Notes under the pieces: generated by a model
What the model was told of the DNA's origin: nothing
What the model saw: the letters and a program-made list of their open reading frames with translations, nothing else
Database searches by the model: none
NCBI GenBank assembly: GCA_046758505.1
Contig: JBHIAH010000023.1
Span: 1-33,320, forward strand
Length of the DNA stretch: 33,320 nt
Direction of reading: 5' to 3'
Source: Candidatus Methylomirabilales bacterium
Lineage (GTDB): Bacteria > Methylomirabilota > Methylomirabilia > Methylomirabilales > CSP1-5
Shown here: positions 9,476 through 20,489 of the stretch, piece by piece
How the letters are laid out: each line of letters starts with the position of its first letter
Position numbering within the stretch: position 1 is the stretch's first letter
Translations under genes and position numbers: made by a program

Positions 9476-10990
9476 ATGGGGGTGGGGGTGGAGGAGAAGC
9501 ATTCACTGATCCGGGAGAGGCGGGAGAAGCTCGAGGAGCTGCGGCGGATCGGGATCGACCCGTACGGCTCGCGGTGGGACGTAAACGCCCTGGCCGGTGA
9601 ACTCCAGCAGCAGTATCGGGAAACCCCGAGCACGGATTTCGAATCGGAGCGGACCACGGTCAGCCTTGCCGGGCGGGTGGTCACGCTGCGCGACCATGGG
9701 AAGACAACCTTCGCCCATCTGCGAGACCGCACGGGGCAGATCCAGATCTACCTGCGGGAGGACGCGCTTGGGCAGGAGGCTTACGGCCTCCTGAGGTGCA
9801 CAGACATCGGTGATTTCCTGGGGATCACCGGCCACCTCTTTCGAACCCGCACCGGCGAGCTCACCGTGTGGGTCGAGGAGTTCCGCCTGCTCAGCAAGTC
9901 TCTGCGGCCTTTGCCAGAGAAGTGGCATGGACTCGTCGATGTGGAAACCCGACACCGCCAGCGGTACCTCGACCTCGTGGCGAACCCCGAGGTCGCGACG
10001 GTCTTTCGCCGTCGCTCTCGGATTCTGCGCGAGATCCGCCAGTTCTTCGATGGGCGGGGATTTCTCGAGGTCGAGACCCCTATGATGCAGGGGGTGGCGG
10101 GCGGGGCGGCCGCTCGGCCTTTTACCACCCACCACAATACCCTCGGCGTGGATCTCTATCTGCGCATTGCCCCCGAGCTTTACCTGAAGCGGCTCTTGGT
10201 GGGCGGGCTTGACCGGGTGTACGAAATCAACCGGAGTTTCCGAAACGAAGGGATCGATACCCGGCACAATCCCGAGTTCACCATGCTGGAATTTTACCAG
10301 GCCTATGCCGATTATCATGATTTGATGGCCCTGACGGAGGAACTCGTTCCCCATCTCTGCCGCGCGCTCACCGGGGGGGAGGAGCTCGGCTACCAGGGCG
10401 TGCGGATCGATGTGTCCCCCCCGTGGCCGCGGCTGACGGTCATGGAGGCCTTGCGAAAGATGGGTGGAATTCGGGAAGCGGATCTCAACGACGGCGAACG
10501 GCTCCGCACGGTGGCCGAAGGTCGCGGTGTGCCGGTTCAGCCGGGGTGGGGGTGGGGGAAGCTCGTGGGCGAGTTGATGGCGCATCTGGTGGAGCCCCAC
10601 CTGGTTCAGCCGACGTTTCTCCTCGACTTTCCCCTTGCACTGTCCCCGCTGGCCAAGGGAAAGGCGGATGATCCTCGCCTGGCCGAACGGTTCGAGCTCT
10701 TCGTGGCGGGGATGGAGATCGCGAACGCCTACAACGAGCTCAACGACCCCCAGGAGCAGCGCCGTCGCTTTCAGGAACAGCTTCGGGCGCGGGAGCGGGG
10801 CGATGAGGAAGCCCACCGGATGGACGAGGATTTTGTCCGCGCCCTGGAGTATGGCATGCCGCCCGCGGCGGGGGAGGGGATCGGCATAGACCGCCTGGTG
10901 ATGCTGTTCACCGATGCACCCTCCATTCGAGACGTGATCCTGTTTCCGCAGCTCCGTCCCAAGGACGAGGGCTCGGGTCGCCCTGCGTGA
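9476..10990 (+). CDS. lysS: class II lysyl-tRNA synthetase
   Basis: [34 protein letters not shown]...HNPEF, GIGIDRL; GTG 9488 is an alternative start. Confidence 0.99.
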   Translation: MGVGVEEKHSLIRERREKLEELRRIGIDPYGSRWDVNALAGELQQQYRETPSTDFESERTTVSLAGRVVTLRDHGKTTFAHLRDRTGQIQIYLREDALGQEAYGLLRCTDIGDFLGITGHLFRTRTGELTVWVEEFRLLSKSLRPLPEKWHGLVDVETRHRQRYLDLVANPEVATVFRRRSRILREIRQFFDGRGFLEVETPMMQGVAGGAAARPFTTHHNTLGVDLYLRIAPELYLKRLLVGGLDRVYEINRSFRNEGIDTRHNPEFTMLEFYQAYADYHDLMALTEELVPHLCRALTGGEELGYQGVRIDVSPPWPRLTVMEALRKMGGIREADLNDGERLRTVAEGRGVPVQPGWGWGKLVGELMAHLVEPHLVQPTFLLDFPLALSPLAKGKADDPRLAERFELFVAGMEIANAYNELNDPQEQRRRFQEQLRARERGDEEAHRMDEDFVRALEYGMPPAAGEGIGIDRLVMLFTDAPSIRDVILFPQLRPKDEGSGRPA

Positions 10991-10994
10991 AGCG

Positions 10995-12242
10995 ATGCCC
11001 TATGAAATTCTGATCGGGCTCAGGTACCTGAAGTCGAAACGCCGGGAGGCGGTGATATCCCTCATCACCCTCATCTCGAGTGGCGGGGTCGCGTTGGGGG
11101 TCATGGCCTTGATCATCGTCTTATCGGTCATGAGCGGCTTTGAGAGAGACCTCCGGGACAAGATTCTGGGGACGAATGCGCACGTGGTCCTCCTGCGGTT
11201 CGGCCAGGGGGGGGTGACCAATGCAGAGCAGCTCCTGCCCCGGATTGCACCACTCCCCCATGTAACGGGGGCAGCTCCCTTCACCCTGCACCAGGTCATG
11301 CTGACCTCCCGCCACGGGGTGATGGGGGCCGTGCTTCGGGGGATCGACCCGGAGGAGGAGGGACGGGTGACGGACCTGGCACGAAACATGAAGGAAGGAT
11401 CCCTCGACGCGCTTCGTCGGGAGGGCGAGGGGATCATCCTAGGCAAATCCCTGGCGGCCAACTTGGGGGTCGGTGTCGGAGATCCGGTGAATGTCGTCTC
11501 GCCCGTCGGGGGGGGCGTGACCCCCCTCGGGATGGCTCCCCGGGTCAAACAGTTCACGGTCGTCGGGCTGTTCGAGGCCGGCATGTACGAGTATGACGCG
11601 GGATTGGCCTATATCCCGATCCCGGCTGCACAGGCCTTCTTCCGGATGGGCACCGCGGTGACGGGAGTGGAGATCAAGCTCGACGACATCTACCAGGCCC
11701 CTCAAGTGGCGGGCCAGCTTCAGAAAGCGCTTGGCTTTCCCTTTTACACGCGGACCTGGATGGAGATGAACAAGAACCTCTTCTCCGCCCTGAAGCTCGA
11801 GAAGACGGTCATGTTTATCATCCTGGTGATGATCGTCTTGGTGGCCGCCTTTGGGATCGTCAGCACCCTCACTATGGTCGTGATGGAGAAGACGAGGGAG
11901 ATCGCCATCCTGAAATCGATGGGGGCCACGCCGGCGGGCGTCATGAAGATTTTTATGGTGGAAGGGATCGTGATCGGGGTGGCGGGGACCTTCCTCGGCC
12001 TGCTCGGCGGCTTGGTCGTCGCGTACAATCTGGACGGGATCGTCAGCTTCCTCGAACGGTTCTTTGGGATCAACGCCTTCCCCGGCGACGTCTACTTCCT
12101 AAATAAGTTGCCGCACCAGGTGAACACGCCGGATGTGATCGCGGTGGCGATCGTCAGCCTCGTGATCAGCTTCCTGGCGACGCTCTATCCCTCCTGGCAG
12201 GCCTCGCGCTTGAATCCGGTGGAGGCGCTCAGATATGAGTGA
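10995..12242 (+). CDS. lolE: lipoprotein-releasing ABC transporter permease (LolC/E/F family)
   Basis: [43 protein letters not shown]...P.EALRYE; the only permease gene in this cluster. Confidence 0.93.
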   Translation: MPYEILIGLRYLKSKRREAVISLITLISSGGVALGVMALIIVLSVMSGFERDLRDKILGTNAHVVLLRFGQGGVTNAEQLLPRIAPLPHVTGAAPFTLHQVMLTSRHGVMGAVLRGIDPEEEGRVTDLARNMKEGSLDALRREGEGIILGKSLAANLGVGVGDPVNVVSPVGGGVTPLGMAPRVKQFTVVGLFEAGMYEYDAGLAYIPIPAAQAFFRMGTAVTGVEIKLDDIYQAPQVAGQLQKALGFPFYTRTWMEMNKNLFSALKLEKTVMFIILVMIVLVAAFGIVSTLTMVVMEKTREIAILKSMGATPAGVMKIFMVEGIVIGVAGTFLGLLGGLVVAYNLDGIVSFLERFFGINAFPGDVYFLNKLPHQVNTPDVIAVAIVSLVISFLATLYPSWQASRLNPVEALRYE

Positions 12243-12963
12243 GTTCATCCAGGTCCGGGATCTTCGGAAGTCCTTCCGGATGGGGGGCGAGGATCTGCAT
12301 ATCCTGAAAAGGGTGACCCTGACGGTCCCCCGGGGGGAGTTCCTCGCGATCGTGGGTCCCTCGGGGGTGGGGAAGAGTACCCTGCTCCATATCCTGGGGG
12401 GGCTGGACCGCCCCACGGCGGGTGAGGTATACTATGCGGGTCAAGAGATCTCTCGGCTGGCCGAGGGGGAGCTGGCGGCATTCCGCAACCGGACGGTGGG
12501 TTTCGTCTTCCAGTTCCACCACCTCTTGCCCGAGTTTACGGCTCTCGAGAATGCCATGATGCCAGCCCTGATCGGTCGGCAAATCCCGGGGAGTGCGGCG
12601 GAGAAGGCGACAGGGATCCTCCAGCGGGTCGGGCTTTCAGATCGCCTGGGTCACCGACCCGGGGAACTGTCTGGCGGCGAGCAGCAGCGGGTGGCCATCG
12701 CCCGCGCCTTGGTGCTGTCCCCCGATGTGCTTCTGGCTGATGAGCCCAGCGGAAACTTGGATTCCAAAACCGGTGAGGCTATTTTTGATTTACTTCGGGA
12801 GCTGAATCGGGAACAGGGGCTGACGGTGATCCTGGTCACCCACAATGAGTGGTTTGCACATCGGGCCGATCGGGTGCTTCGGATGGCGGACGGTCAGCTC
12901 TGGGAAGCCGGGCGAAGCGCAAGCCGGGAGCGGAAAGGGAAGCGGGACGGCGATGAAATGTGA
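12235..12963 (+). CDS. lolD: lipoprotein-releasing ABC transporter ATPase
   Basis: [36 protein letters not shown]. Confidence 0.95.
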   Translation: MSEFIQVRDLRKSFRMGGEDLHILKRVTLTVPRGEFLAIVGPSGVGKSTLLHILGGLDRPTAGEVYYAGQEISRLAEGELAAFRNRTVGFVFQFHHLLPEFTALENAMMPALIGRQIPGSAAEKATGILQRVGLSDRLGHRPGELSGGEQQRVAIARALVLSPDVLLADEPSGNLDSKTGEAIFDLLRELNREQGLTVILVTHNEWFAHRADRVLRMADGQLWEAGRSASRERKGKRDGDEM

Positions 12964-13459
12964 ACGCTGTCACGAGCGGGACGAAGAGATTCACCTGTTA
13001 AAGGTTGCCGAGGGGGGAAGCCTGAGGTCGTTGCGCCTGTGTCATCCGTGCGCGGAACGGGAGCAGCAGGGGAAGACGGCACGGCTTCTCGGGTCCGGGA
13101 CTCCCTTCTTCCTCGTACAATTCCAGGCCGATCCCGCCCCGGCCGTAGATCCCTCCGGCGACGAGGACCGGTGCCCCGTCTGTGGCCTGACTGCTGACGG
13201 GGTCGAGCGCGAGGAACACCTGCCATGTCCAGACTGCCCGGAAAGCTTCGGGCACCTGACGGAGGAGATTCTCTTTCGGCTGCAGGACCTTCCGGCAGGC
13301 TCCGTTTCCGGCCAGGGGGTGGAAACCGTGTACGATGAGCTCTCGAGGCTTCAGCGGCGGATGAGAGAGGCCGTGGCCGCCGAGCGCTTCGAGGAGGCGG
13401 CCGGGCTGCGCGAAGCAATCCGGCGTCTCTACCAGGTCTTGGAAAGCGGGGCTGGATAA
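12953..13459 (+). CDS. McsA-like CxxC/UVR-domain protein
   Basis: ATG 12953: MKCERC, CHPC, CPVC, CPDC; C-terminal UVR helix LQRRMREAVAAERFEEAAGLREAI; upstream of clpC. Confidence 0.82.
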   Translation: MKCERCHERDEEIHLLKVAEGGSLRSLRLCHPCAEREQQGKTARLLGSGTPFFLVQFQADPAPAVDPSGDEDRCPVCGLTADGVEREEHLPCPDCPESFGHLTEEILFRLQDLPAGSVSGQGVETVYDELSRLQRRMREAVAAERFEEAAGLREAIRRLYQVLESGAG

Positions 13460-13466
13460 TCTTTCT

Positions 13467-13495
13467 TTGATTGACCGGACAAAACCTGCTATACT
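13467..13495 (+). promoter_or_regulatory. putative sigma70 promoter for clpC
   Basis: TTGATT(13467-13472)-N17-TATACT(13490-13495) with extended -10 TG. Confidence 0.65.
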
Positions 13496-13515
13496 CTCTT
13501 CAAAAGGGGTGACGC

Positions 13516-15948
13516 ATGTTTGAGCGATTTACCGAACGGGCCCGCAAGGTGATCATCCTGGCCCGAGAAGAGGCCATCCGTCTTGGACATAACTTTGTCG
13601 GGACGGAACACCTCCTCCTCGGCCTTGTCCGGGAGGGGGATGGGCTGGCCATGGCCATCCTGAAGAAGCTCAATGTGAACCTCACGATGCTGAAGGGGGA
13701 GGTCGAAAAGATCGTCTCCGTAAGCTCCCAGGTGAGCCCTGCGGGTGAGGTGCCCTTCACCCCCCAGGCCAAGAAGGTCCTCGAGTACGCCATTTCCGAA
13801 GCCCGGTCCATGGGGCACAATTACATCGGCACCGAACACCTCCTCCTCGGGCTCATCCGGGAAGGGGAGGGAATCGCCTCGTTGGTCCTCCGTGACGTGG
13901 GAGTGACGGTCCCGGCCGCGAAGGCGCAGGCGCAAGAGTTGTTAGGGGAGCAGGCGACCAAGGCGACGGGCACCGGGCGGACACCGGCCCTTGACGAGTT
14001 TGGCCTGGATCTGGCCGGGATGGCGCGTCAGGGGAAGCTGGATCCGGTGATCGGACGCGAGGCGGAGATCGAACGGGTGATCCAGATCCTGTCCCGGCGG
14101 ACGAAGAACAATCCCGTCCTCATCGGTGAGGCTGGGGTCGGCAAGACGGCCATCGTCGAGGGATTGGCCCAACGGATCGTGGCGTCCGATGTGCCGGAGA
14201 CCCTGTTACGAAAGCGCGTGGTCCAGCTTGACCTCCCCGGGATGGTGGCGGGTACCAAGTACCGGGGCCAATTCGAAGAGCGACTGAAGGCGGTCATCAA
14301 GGAGATCCAGCAGACGGGGAATGTCATCCTCTTCATCGATGAGCTGCATACCCTCGTGGGGGCCGGAGCGGCCGAGGGGGCGATCGATGCCTCGAACATG
14401 CTCAAACCGGCCTTGGCCCGGGGAGAGATCCAGGTGATCGGTGCCACCACGATGGATGAGTACCGCAAGTATGTGGAAAAGGACCGGGCACTGGAGCGGC
14501 GGTTCCAAACGATTCTTGTCGGCCAGCCGAGTGTGGACGAGACCATTCGCATCCTCCGCGAGATCAAGGACCGCTACGAGGCCCATCACTCCGCCATCAT
14601 CACGGAAGAGGCGGTGCTCGCGGCCGCCCGGCTCTCCCAGCGGTATATCGCTGACCGCTTCCTGCCGGACAAGGCGATCGATGTCATGGACGAGGCTGGC
14701 TCCCGGGCCCGTCTGAAATCGTTGATCCTTCCCGAAGACCTCCGAGAGATGGAGAATGAGGCGGAGCGCCTCCGGCAGCAGAAGGAGGATGCCATCCGGA
14801 CGCAGGCCTTCGAGGTGGCCGCCCGGTTGCGAGATGCCGAGCGAAAACTTAGAGCGGAACTTGAAGAAAGAAGGAATAAGTGGAAGGAATTCAAGTCAAA
14901 AGAGAAAACCATGGTGACCAATGAGGATATCGCCTATATCGTGTCAAAGTGGACGGGCATTCCCCTCTACCAGATCGAAGAGGCAGAATCCCAAAAGCTC
15001 CTCCGGATGGAGCAGGAGATCAGCAAGCGCGTCGTGGGACAGGAGGAGGCCATCCGCGCGGTGACGCGGGCCATCCGGCGTTCCCGGTCCGGCCTCAAGA
15101 ATCCCCGCAGGCCGGTGGGCTCCTTTATCTTCCTCGGCCCGACGGGCGTCGGAAAGACGGAGCTGGCGAAGGCCCTGGCGGAGTTCCTCTTTGGCACCGA
15201 AGACGCCATCGTGCGCGTCGATATGTCGGAGTACATGGAGCGGTTCGCCATCTCGCGGCTCATCGGGGCGCCTCCGGGGTACATCGGCTATGACGACAGC
15301 GGGCAGCTCACCGAAAAGGTGCGGCGCCGGCCATTTTCCGTGGTGCTGTTGGATGAGATCGAGAAGGCCCATCCCGAGGTCTTCAATCTCCTCCTCCAGA
15401 TCTTTGAAGATGGTCACTTGACCGACAGCTACGGCCGACAGGTGGACTTTAAGAACACGATCTTGATCATGACCAGCAATGTGGGGGCCCGGCAGATCGG
15501 CGTGCATGCCCCGATGGGCTTCACCAAGGGGGGCGGGGAACACACCTATCAAAAAATGAAGGAAACAGTCCTGGGCGAGTTGAAAAAGACCTTTAATCCC
15601 GAGTTCATGAACCGGATTGATGAAGTGATCGTCTTTCATCCGCTGATGAAGGACGATATGCGACAGATCGTCGATCTGATGCTTGAGCGCCTCCAGGTGC
15701 AGCTGGACGAAAAGCGGATTACGTTGATGGTTGCCGATGATGCCAAGGAGTTCATCATCGACAAAGGGTATGATCCCCAGTTTGGGGCGAGACCGCTGCG
15801 CCGTGCCATCCAGCGTTACGTGGAGGATCTCTTGGCCGAGGAGATGCTCCGGGGAAGCGTCAGCGAAGGGAGTACCGTTCGCGTGAAGGCGGGGATCGAC
15901 GTGCTCATGGCGGAGGAGGTGACGAACCTGCTCGGTCAAACCAGCTGA
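13516..15948 (+). CDS. clpC: ATP-dependent Clp protease ATPase subunit ClpC
   Basis: tandem Clp_N repeats (GTEHLLLGL x2), [11 protein letters not shown]-type M-domain (FEVAARLRD), [11 protein letters not shown] ClpP loop. Confidence 0.97.
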   Translation: MFERFTERARKVIILAREEAIRLGHNFVGTEHLLLGLVREGDGLAMAILKKLNVNLTMLKGEVEKIVSVSSQVSPAGEVPFTPQAKKVLEYAISEARSMGHNYIGTEHLLLGLIREGEGIASLVLRDVGVTVPAAKAQAQELLGEQATKATGTGRTPALDEFGLDLAGMARQGKLDPVIGREAEIERVIQILSRRTKNNPVLIGEAGVGKTAIVEGLAQRIVASDVPETLLRKRVVQLDLPGMVAGTKYRGQFEERLKAVIKEIQQTGNVILFIDELHTLVGAGAAEGAIDASNMLKPALARGEIQVIGATTMDEYRKYVEKDRALERRFQTILVGQPSVDETIRILREIKDRYEAHHSAIITEEAVLAAARLSQRYIADRFLPDKAIDVMDEAGSRARLKSLILPEDLREMENEAERLRQQKEDAIRTQAFEVAARLRDAERKLRAELEERRNKWKEFKSKEKTMVTNEDIAYIVSKWTGIPLYQIEEAESQKLLRMEQEISKRVVGQEEAIRAVTRAIRRSRSGLKNPRRPVGSFIFLGPTGVGKTELAKALAEFLFGTEDAIVRVDMSEYMERFAISRLIGAPPGYIGYDDSGQLTEKVRRRPFSVVLLDEIEKAHPEVFNLLLQIFEDGHLTDSYGRQVDFKNTILIMTSNVGARQIGVHAPMGFTKGGGEHTYQKMKETVLGELKKTFNPEFMNRIDEVIVFHPLMKDDMRQIVDLMLERLQVQLDEKRITLMVADDAKEFIIDKGYDPQFGARPLRRAIQRYVEDLLAEEMLRGSVSEGSTVRVKAGIDVLMAEEVTNLLGQTS

Positions 15949-15967
15949 GGATCCTGTTTCCCTCCGG

Positions 15968-15993
15968 AGGGCCCGCAAGGGCCCTTTTTCTTT
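15968..15993 (+). terminator. intrinsic terminator after clpC
   Basis: AGGGCCC-GCAA-GGGCCCT followed by TTTTCTTT. Confidence 0.88.
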
Positions 15994-16076
15994 ACTTCCC
16001 CCTCCCGTGGTGGTATCGTCACCCGTTATCTCGAGGCCGAGGGTCCATTTCCATCTGATGAAAAGGTGGTCCAGAG

Positions 16077-18362
16077 GTGGAGCGAGCCCTGCGGACCATT
16101 TTGCTCTTGTTCCCTGCCTTCTTGTGTCTCCTGAGGTGTCCCCTTATTGCCAGGGGTCAGGAGGCACCCATTATCAAAGAGGTCGTTCTCCAGGGGAACC
16201 AGAAGGTCGAATCCGACGCCATCCGCCAACGCATTCGGACCCGGGTGGGCGATCCGTTTTCGCCCGAGAAGATCCGGGGGGATGTGGAGCGCGTGTTTAA
16301 GATGGGTTTCTTCGACGATGTCAAGGTCGAGGCGGAGGAGTTGGAGGGGGGGCTGCGCCTGATCTACGTGGTCGTGGAAAAACCGACCATCCGCAGCATT
16401 GAGATTGAGGGAGCCGACGAGATCGACCAAGAGGACATTCGGGACCGCATCGACGTGTCGGCCGGGACGGTTTTCGAGCCCCAGGCGCTGGGTCGGAATG
16501 CCGACGCGATCCGGGCCCTGTACGAGGAGGAAGGATTTTACACGGCCCAGGTGGTCGGGAGGTCCAAGAAGGTCTCCGACCGGGAGGTGGACGTTATCTT
16601 CGAAATCCAGGAGGGGGCCCAATTCTTCGTGAGGAACATCATCTTTGTGGGAAACAAGGGCATCACGGCCAGGAAGATTCGCAAGATCATGGCCACCAAG
16701 AAGCGGTTTTTCATTGCGTTTCTTCGTCCGGGAGTTCTTAAACGGTCGGACCTCGATCAAGACGTGGAACGGATCAAGGCGCTGTATCTCGATCGGGGGT
16801 TCCTGCGGGTCAAGGTGGGGAGACCGGAGATTCGGATCGATAAGAAGGCGAGCCGGCTGGACATTGTGATCCACATCGAGGAGGGACCCCGCTTCCGCTT
16901 GGGCGAGGTCAAGGTAACGGGGGGCACAATTTTTGCCCCGGAGGATCTCCTCGTCGACCTCAGGCTGCCGAAGGAGGAGTTCTTCAGTCGCGATGTCCTC
17001 CGCAAAGACCTGGCGACCCTGACGGAGAAATATTCCGAGTTGGGATACGTTTTTGCGGACGTGGTTCCCCTCACGCGTGTCCGACCAGACGAACCGGTTG
17101 TCGATGTGACCCTCGAAGTCACGGAGGGGATTAAAGCCTTTGTTGAGCGCATCGAGATCCGGGGGAATACAAAGACGCGGGACAAGGTGATCCGAAGACA
17201 GTTGGAGTTGGCGGAGGGGGACGTGTACAACGGGAAACTCCTCCAGGAAGCGCGGGCGGCACTGCGCCGCCTCGGATACTTCGAGGCGGTGGATCTGAAG
17301 ACGGCGCGAGGGTCTGCGCCCGACCAGCTCCGGCTGGCAGTCGATGTCAAGGAGAAGCCCACCGGGCGGGTGGGTATCGGCGGGGGGTTTAGCACCGGCG
17401 GTGGGGCCATCGCCTCGGTTTTCCTGGCCGAGGATAACATCTTCGGACTCGGGAAGCGGGTGCGCCTGAACGGGACGCTGGGCACCGTGACGAGTTCACT
17501 GGACTTCCGGTACAGTGACCCCTTCTTTCTGGACTCGGACTATTCCTTGAGTCTGGGTCTCTTCAACCGGATCTCCACCTTCAGCAATTTTGATGAACGG
17601 CGGCGGGGCGGCGAGATCGGGTTCGGCCGTCGATTTCTCAAGCAGAATTCCGCCAGCATTGGCTACCTGTACGAGTCCGTCGAGATCTCCGATGTGGATG
17701 AGTTTGCATCGACTGCCATTCGGGAAGAGGAGGGAACCTCGACGACCAGCTCCGTCAATGTGGCGCTCTCTCGAGACACACGCGATAACCCCAGCAGGCC
17801 GACGAAGGGGTATCGGGTCAGCCTGAATAATGAGGTAGCGGGCGGACCCCTCGGCGCGGATAACGATTTTTACAAAGTCGTTCTGGACGCCCGATATCAT
17901 GTCCTGCTGCTCGAAGAGCAGGAGGTTGTCGGAATGGTCCGGGCGCGCGGGGGGTTCGTTGAGAAGTACGGAGATAGCACCCGGGTACCCCTCCAGGAGC
18001 GATTCTTCCTCGGAGGCCCCACCTCTTTCCGCGGGAGTGACTTCCGGGAGCTCAGCCCCCGAGATCCGGCGACCGGAGACCGGATCGGGGGGAATCGGTT
18101 TGCCCTGTTCACCACCGAGGTGGGGTTTCCCATCCTCAAGGAGTTTATTGATATCCGGGGGGCGTTGTTTTTCGATGCCGCGGAAAACGTCGGCGAGGGC
18201 GAAGACCTCACTCTTGATCTGGATTATGCCTTTGGGGCTGGCCTGGGCGTGGTGACACCCTTCGGCCCGATCCGGGTCGATGTGGCGTATAACCCCGATC
18301 CGAACGCCGAAAATGGGAATGACGATTTGCTCATCCATTTCAATATTGGCCGCTCCTTCTAA
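16077..18362 (+). CDS. bamA: outer membrane protein assembly factor BamA
   Basis: signal peptide, POTRA repeats (GN.K, GNTKTRDKVIRR), RFFLGG, TPFGPIR, C-terminal Phe. Confidence 0.97.
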   Translation: MERALRTILLLFPAFLCLLRCPLIARGQEAPIIKEVVLQGNQKVESDAIRQRIRTRVGDPFSPEKIRGDVERVFKMGFFDDVKVEAEELEGGLRLIYVVVEKPTIRSIEIEGADEIDQEDIRDRIDVSAGTVFEPQALGRNADAIRALYEEEGFYTAQVVGRSKKVSDREVDVIFEIQEGAQFFVRNIIFVGNKGITARKIRKIMATKKRFFIAFLRPGVLKRSDLDQDVERIKALYLDRGFLRVKVGRPEIRIDKKASRLDIVIHIEEGPRFRLGEVKVTGGTIFAPEDLLVDLRLPKEEFFSRDVLRKDLATLTEKYSELGYVFADVVPLTRVRPDEPVVDVTLEVTEGIKAFVERIEIRGNTKTRDKVIRRQLELAEGDVYNGKLLQEARAALRRLGYFEAVDLKTARGSAPDQLRLAVDVKEKPTGRVGIGGGFSTGGGAIASVFLAEDNIFGLGKRVRLNGTLGTVTSSLDFRYSDPFFLDSDYSLSLGLFNRISTFSNFDERRRGGEIGFGRRFLKQNSASIGYLYESVEISDVDEFASTAIREEEGTSTTSSVNVALSRDTRDNPSRPTKGYRVSLNNEVAGGPLGADNDFYKVVLDARYHVLLLEEQEVVGMVRARGGFVEKYGDSTRVPLQERFFLGGPTSFRGSDFRELSPRDPATGDRIGGNRFALFTTEVGFPILKEFIDIRGALFFDAAENVGEGEDLTLDLDYAFGAGLGVVTPFGPIRVDVAYNPDPNAENGNDDLLIHFNIGRSF

Positions 18363-18388
18363 ACTCGACTAGGGAGGTACAAACGGTT

Positions 18389-18937
18389 ATGAGGCGAGGG
18401 GTGCTGAGGCCCGTGATACTGCTGGGGCTGGCTGTCGGGTTCGTGGGAACGACTGCGGTCACCATGGAGGCCCAGGAGGCCAAGATCGGTTTCATCAACC
18501 TGCAAAAGGTCTTGCTGGAATCCAAGAAGGGTCAGGCAGTGCTGGCAAAGCTCCAGGCGGAAAAGGAGGCGAAGCAGAAAGAGATTGATGCCCAGGAAAA
18601 GAAGATTCGCCAAATGGAGGCGGATTTTGAGAAGAAGCGTTCCGTGTTGAGTGATGCTGCCCGGAAAGAGAGGGAAAGGGCGATACGGAAACAACGGCGC
18701 GATCTCCGTCGGACTGTCGACGACCTGAATCGCGATTTTACCGAACGGGAGCGAGACATTCGGGATGGGTTGATCAAAGAGGTGGCCGCTGTCGTGAAGA
18801 GCTACGGCGAGAAAAACGGGTATCTCCTGATCATGGAGGTCCGGGCCGGCGGGCTGATGTACGGCAATAAAGCCGCCGATCTGAGCGAAGAGGTGACCGC
18901 CGCCTATGATGCCACCGTGGGCTCCGGGAAAAAATAG
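18389..18937 (+). CDS. skp: OmpH/Skp periplasmic chaperone
   Basis: signal peptide, KIGFINLQKVL, long coiled coil, follows bamA. Confidence 0.93.
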   Translation: MRRGVLRPVILLGLAVGFVGTTAVTMEAQEAKIGFINLQKVLLESKKGQAVLAKLQAEKEAKQKEIDAQEKKIRQMEADFEKKRSVLSDAARKERERAIRKQRRDLRRTVDDLNRDFTERERDIRDGLIKEVAAVVKSYGEKNGYLLIMEVRAGGLMYGNKAADLSEEVTAAYDATVGSGKK

Positions 18938-19125
18938 CCGGATGAACGCGTCAGGCAGCCCGGCCGTCGGGGAGTCCTGCGTGCGCGGTCCCCTTATTTC
19001 CTTGATGTGGAGGCTTTTTCATGATAAGAGGGCTGCGGTATCCGGGGATTGGCCCGAGGGCCGGCTACGCCGTGGGTGCTCGGCGAGCACCGAGGCCAGG
19101 GGCCAGGGGATAGGGTGAGGGTGCG

Positions 19126-19569
19126 ATGGATATTCTCGAGATTCAGAAGCATATTCCGCATCGTTATCCCTTTCTTCTGGTGGATCGGATCCTGGAGGTG
19201 GAGAAGGGCCGCCGCATTGTGGGGGTTAAGAATGTGACCGTCAACGAGCTTTTTTTTGCCGGTCACTTCCCTGGGCGTCCGATCATGCCGGGAGTCCTTC
19301 TCATCGAAGGCATGGCGCAGGTGGGAGGAGTCCTCTGGAGTGCAACGATCGATCCGCCTCGGCAGGAGCTCCCGCGGTACTTTTATTTTGCGGCGATCGA
19401 CAAGGTCAAATTTCGCCGACCGGTGTATCCTGGCGACCAGATCCGGTATGAGCTCCAGATCCTGAATTTGAAGAGTCGACTCTGCAAGATGCGGGGCCGA
19501 GCCTACGTGGATGGTCAGTTGGTGGTGGAAGCGGAACTGCTGTCCATGCTTGTGGAACACGACCAGTGA
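19126..19569 (+). CDS. fabZ: 3-hydroxyacyl-ACP dehydratase
   Basis: IPHRYPFLLVD, GHFPGRPIMPGVLLIEGMAQ, FRRPV.PGD. Confidence 0.98.
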   Translation: MDILEIQKHIPHRYPFLLVDRILEVEKGRRIVGVKNVTVNELFFAGHFPGRPIMPGVLLIEGMAQVGGVLWSATIDPPRQELPRYFYFAAIDKVKFRRPVYPGDQIRYELQILNLKSRLCKMRGRAYVDGQLVVEAELLSMLVEHDQ

Positions 19570-20399
19570 GCTCGGGAGTGGGGAGGAAGATGCGCGGCGG
19601 TTCTGCATCTCGAGGGGGAAAGTCGGTCCGCGTGCATCCCACGGCGATCGTCTGCCGGTCAGCCGAGATTGGGGACGGGGTGACCATCGGCCCGTACTCG
19701 GTCATCGGGGAGCACGTGTGCATTGCCGATGAAACCAGCGTGGGATCCCATGTCGTGATTGACGGATGGACGGAGATCGGTCGTGGGTGCCGCATCTTTT
19801 CGCACGCCGTCTTGGGGACGGAGCCGCAGGACCTCAAATTCCATGGCGAGAAAAGTCGCCTTGTGGTTGGCGATGACACCGTCATCCGGGAGTTTGCCAC
19901 GATCAATCGGGGGACCGCACACGGAGGTGGAAAGACGGTGATTGGGAGCCACGTCCTGATCATGGCCTCCACGCATGTGGCCCACGACTGTGTTCTCGGA
20001 GACGGGGCCATCTTGGCGACCGGCGCAGGCCTGGGTGGCCACGTCACCATTGAAGAGTATGCGGTGATCGGGGGCTTGGTCGGGATCCATCAGTTTTGTC
20101 ACGTCGGGAAGTATGCTCTCGTCGGTGGGTGCTCAGCCGTCAGGCAGGATATCATCCCCTTTGCCAAGGCGTCCGGGGATGGTCCGCAGATGTACGGGCT
20201 GAACGCCGTGGGTCTTCGACGGCACAACTTTCCTGAGCAGACCATCCGAAGCCTGCGGAAGGCCTATCGCCTCTTCTTTCAGTCCGGCCTCAACACCTCC
20301 CAGGCCATCGCTCGCATCCAAGAAGAGATCTGGGACTGTATGGAGGTTCAGCAGCTGGTTCAATTCATCAAGACCTCGGAGCGGGGGGTCGCCCGATGA
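19566..20399 (+). CDS. lpxA: acyl-ACP--UDP-GlcNAc(3N) acyltransferase
   Basis: hexapeptide repeats, PQDLKF.GE, HVAHDC, HQF, GLNAVGLRR; start uncertain (19566/19590). Confidence 0.97.
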   Translation: MSSGVGRKMRGGSASRGGKSVRVHPTAIVCRSAEIGDGVTIGPYSVIGEHVCIADETSVGSHVVIDGWTEIGRGCRIFSHAVLGTEPQDLKFHGEKSRLVVGDDTVIREFATINRGTAHGGGKTVIGSHVLIMASTHVAHDCVLGDGAILATGAGLGGHVTIEEYAVIGGLVGIHQFCHVGKYALVGGCSAVRQDIIPFAKASGDGPQMYGLNAVGLRRHNFPEQTIRSLRKAYRLFFQSGLNTSQAIARIQEEIWDCMEVQQLVQFIKTSERGVAR

Positions 20400-20489
20400 T
20401 GACTCCCTCCGCCATCAGTGCCCGGTCTCCTGTCTTCCCCAGCCGAGGGGCCCGTTGATCGGCGACTCCGGGCAGGGAACTGAGGGTCC

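Noticed and set aside
13460..13480. CtsR box upstream of clpC
   Set aside because: TTTGATTGACC lacks the heptad direct repeat with 3-nt spacing; no ctsR in the window
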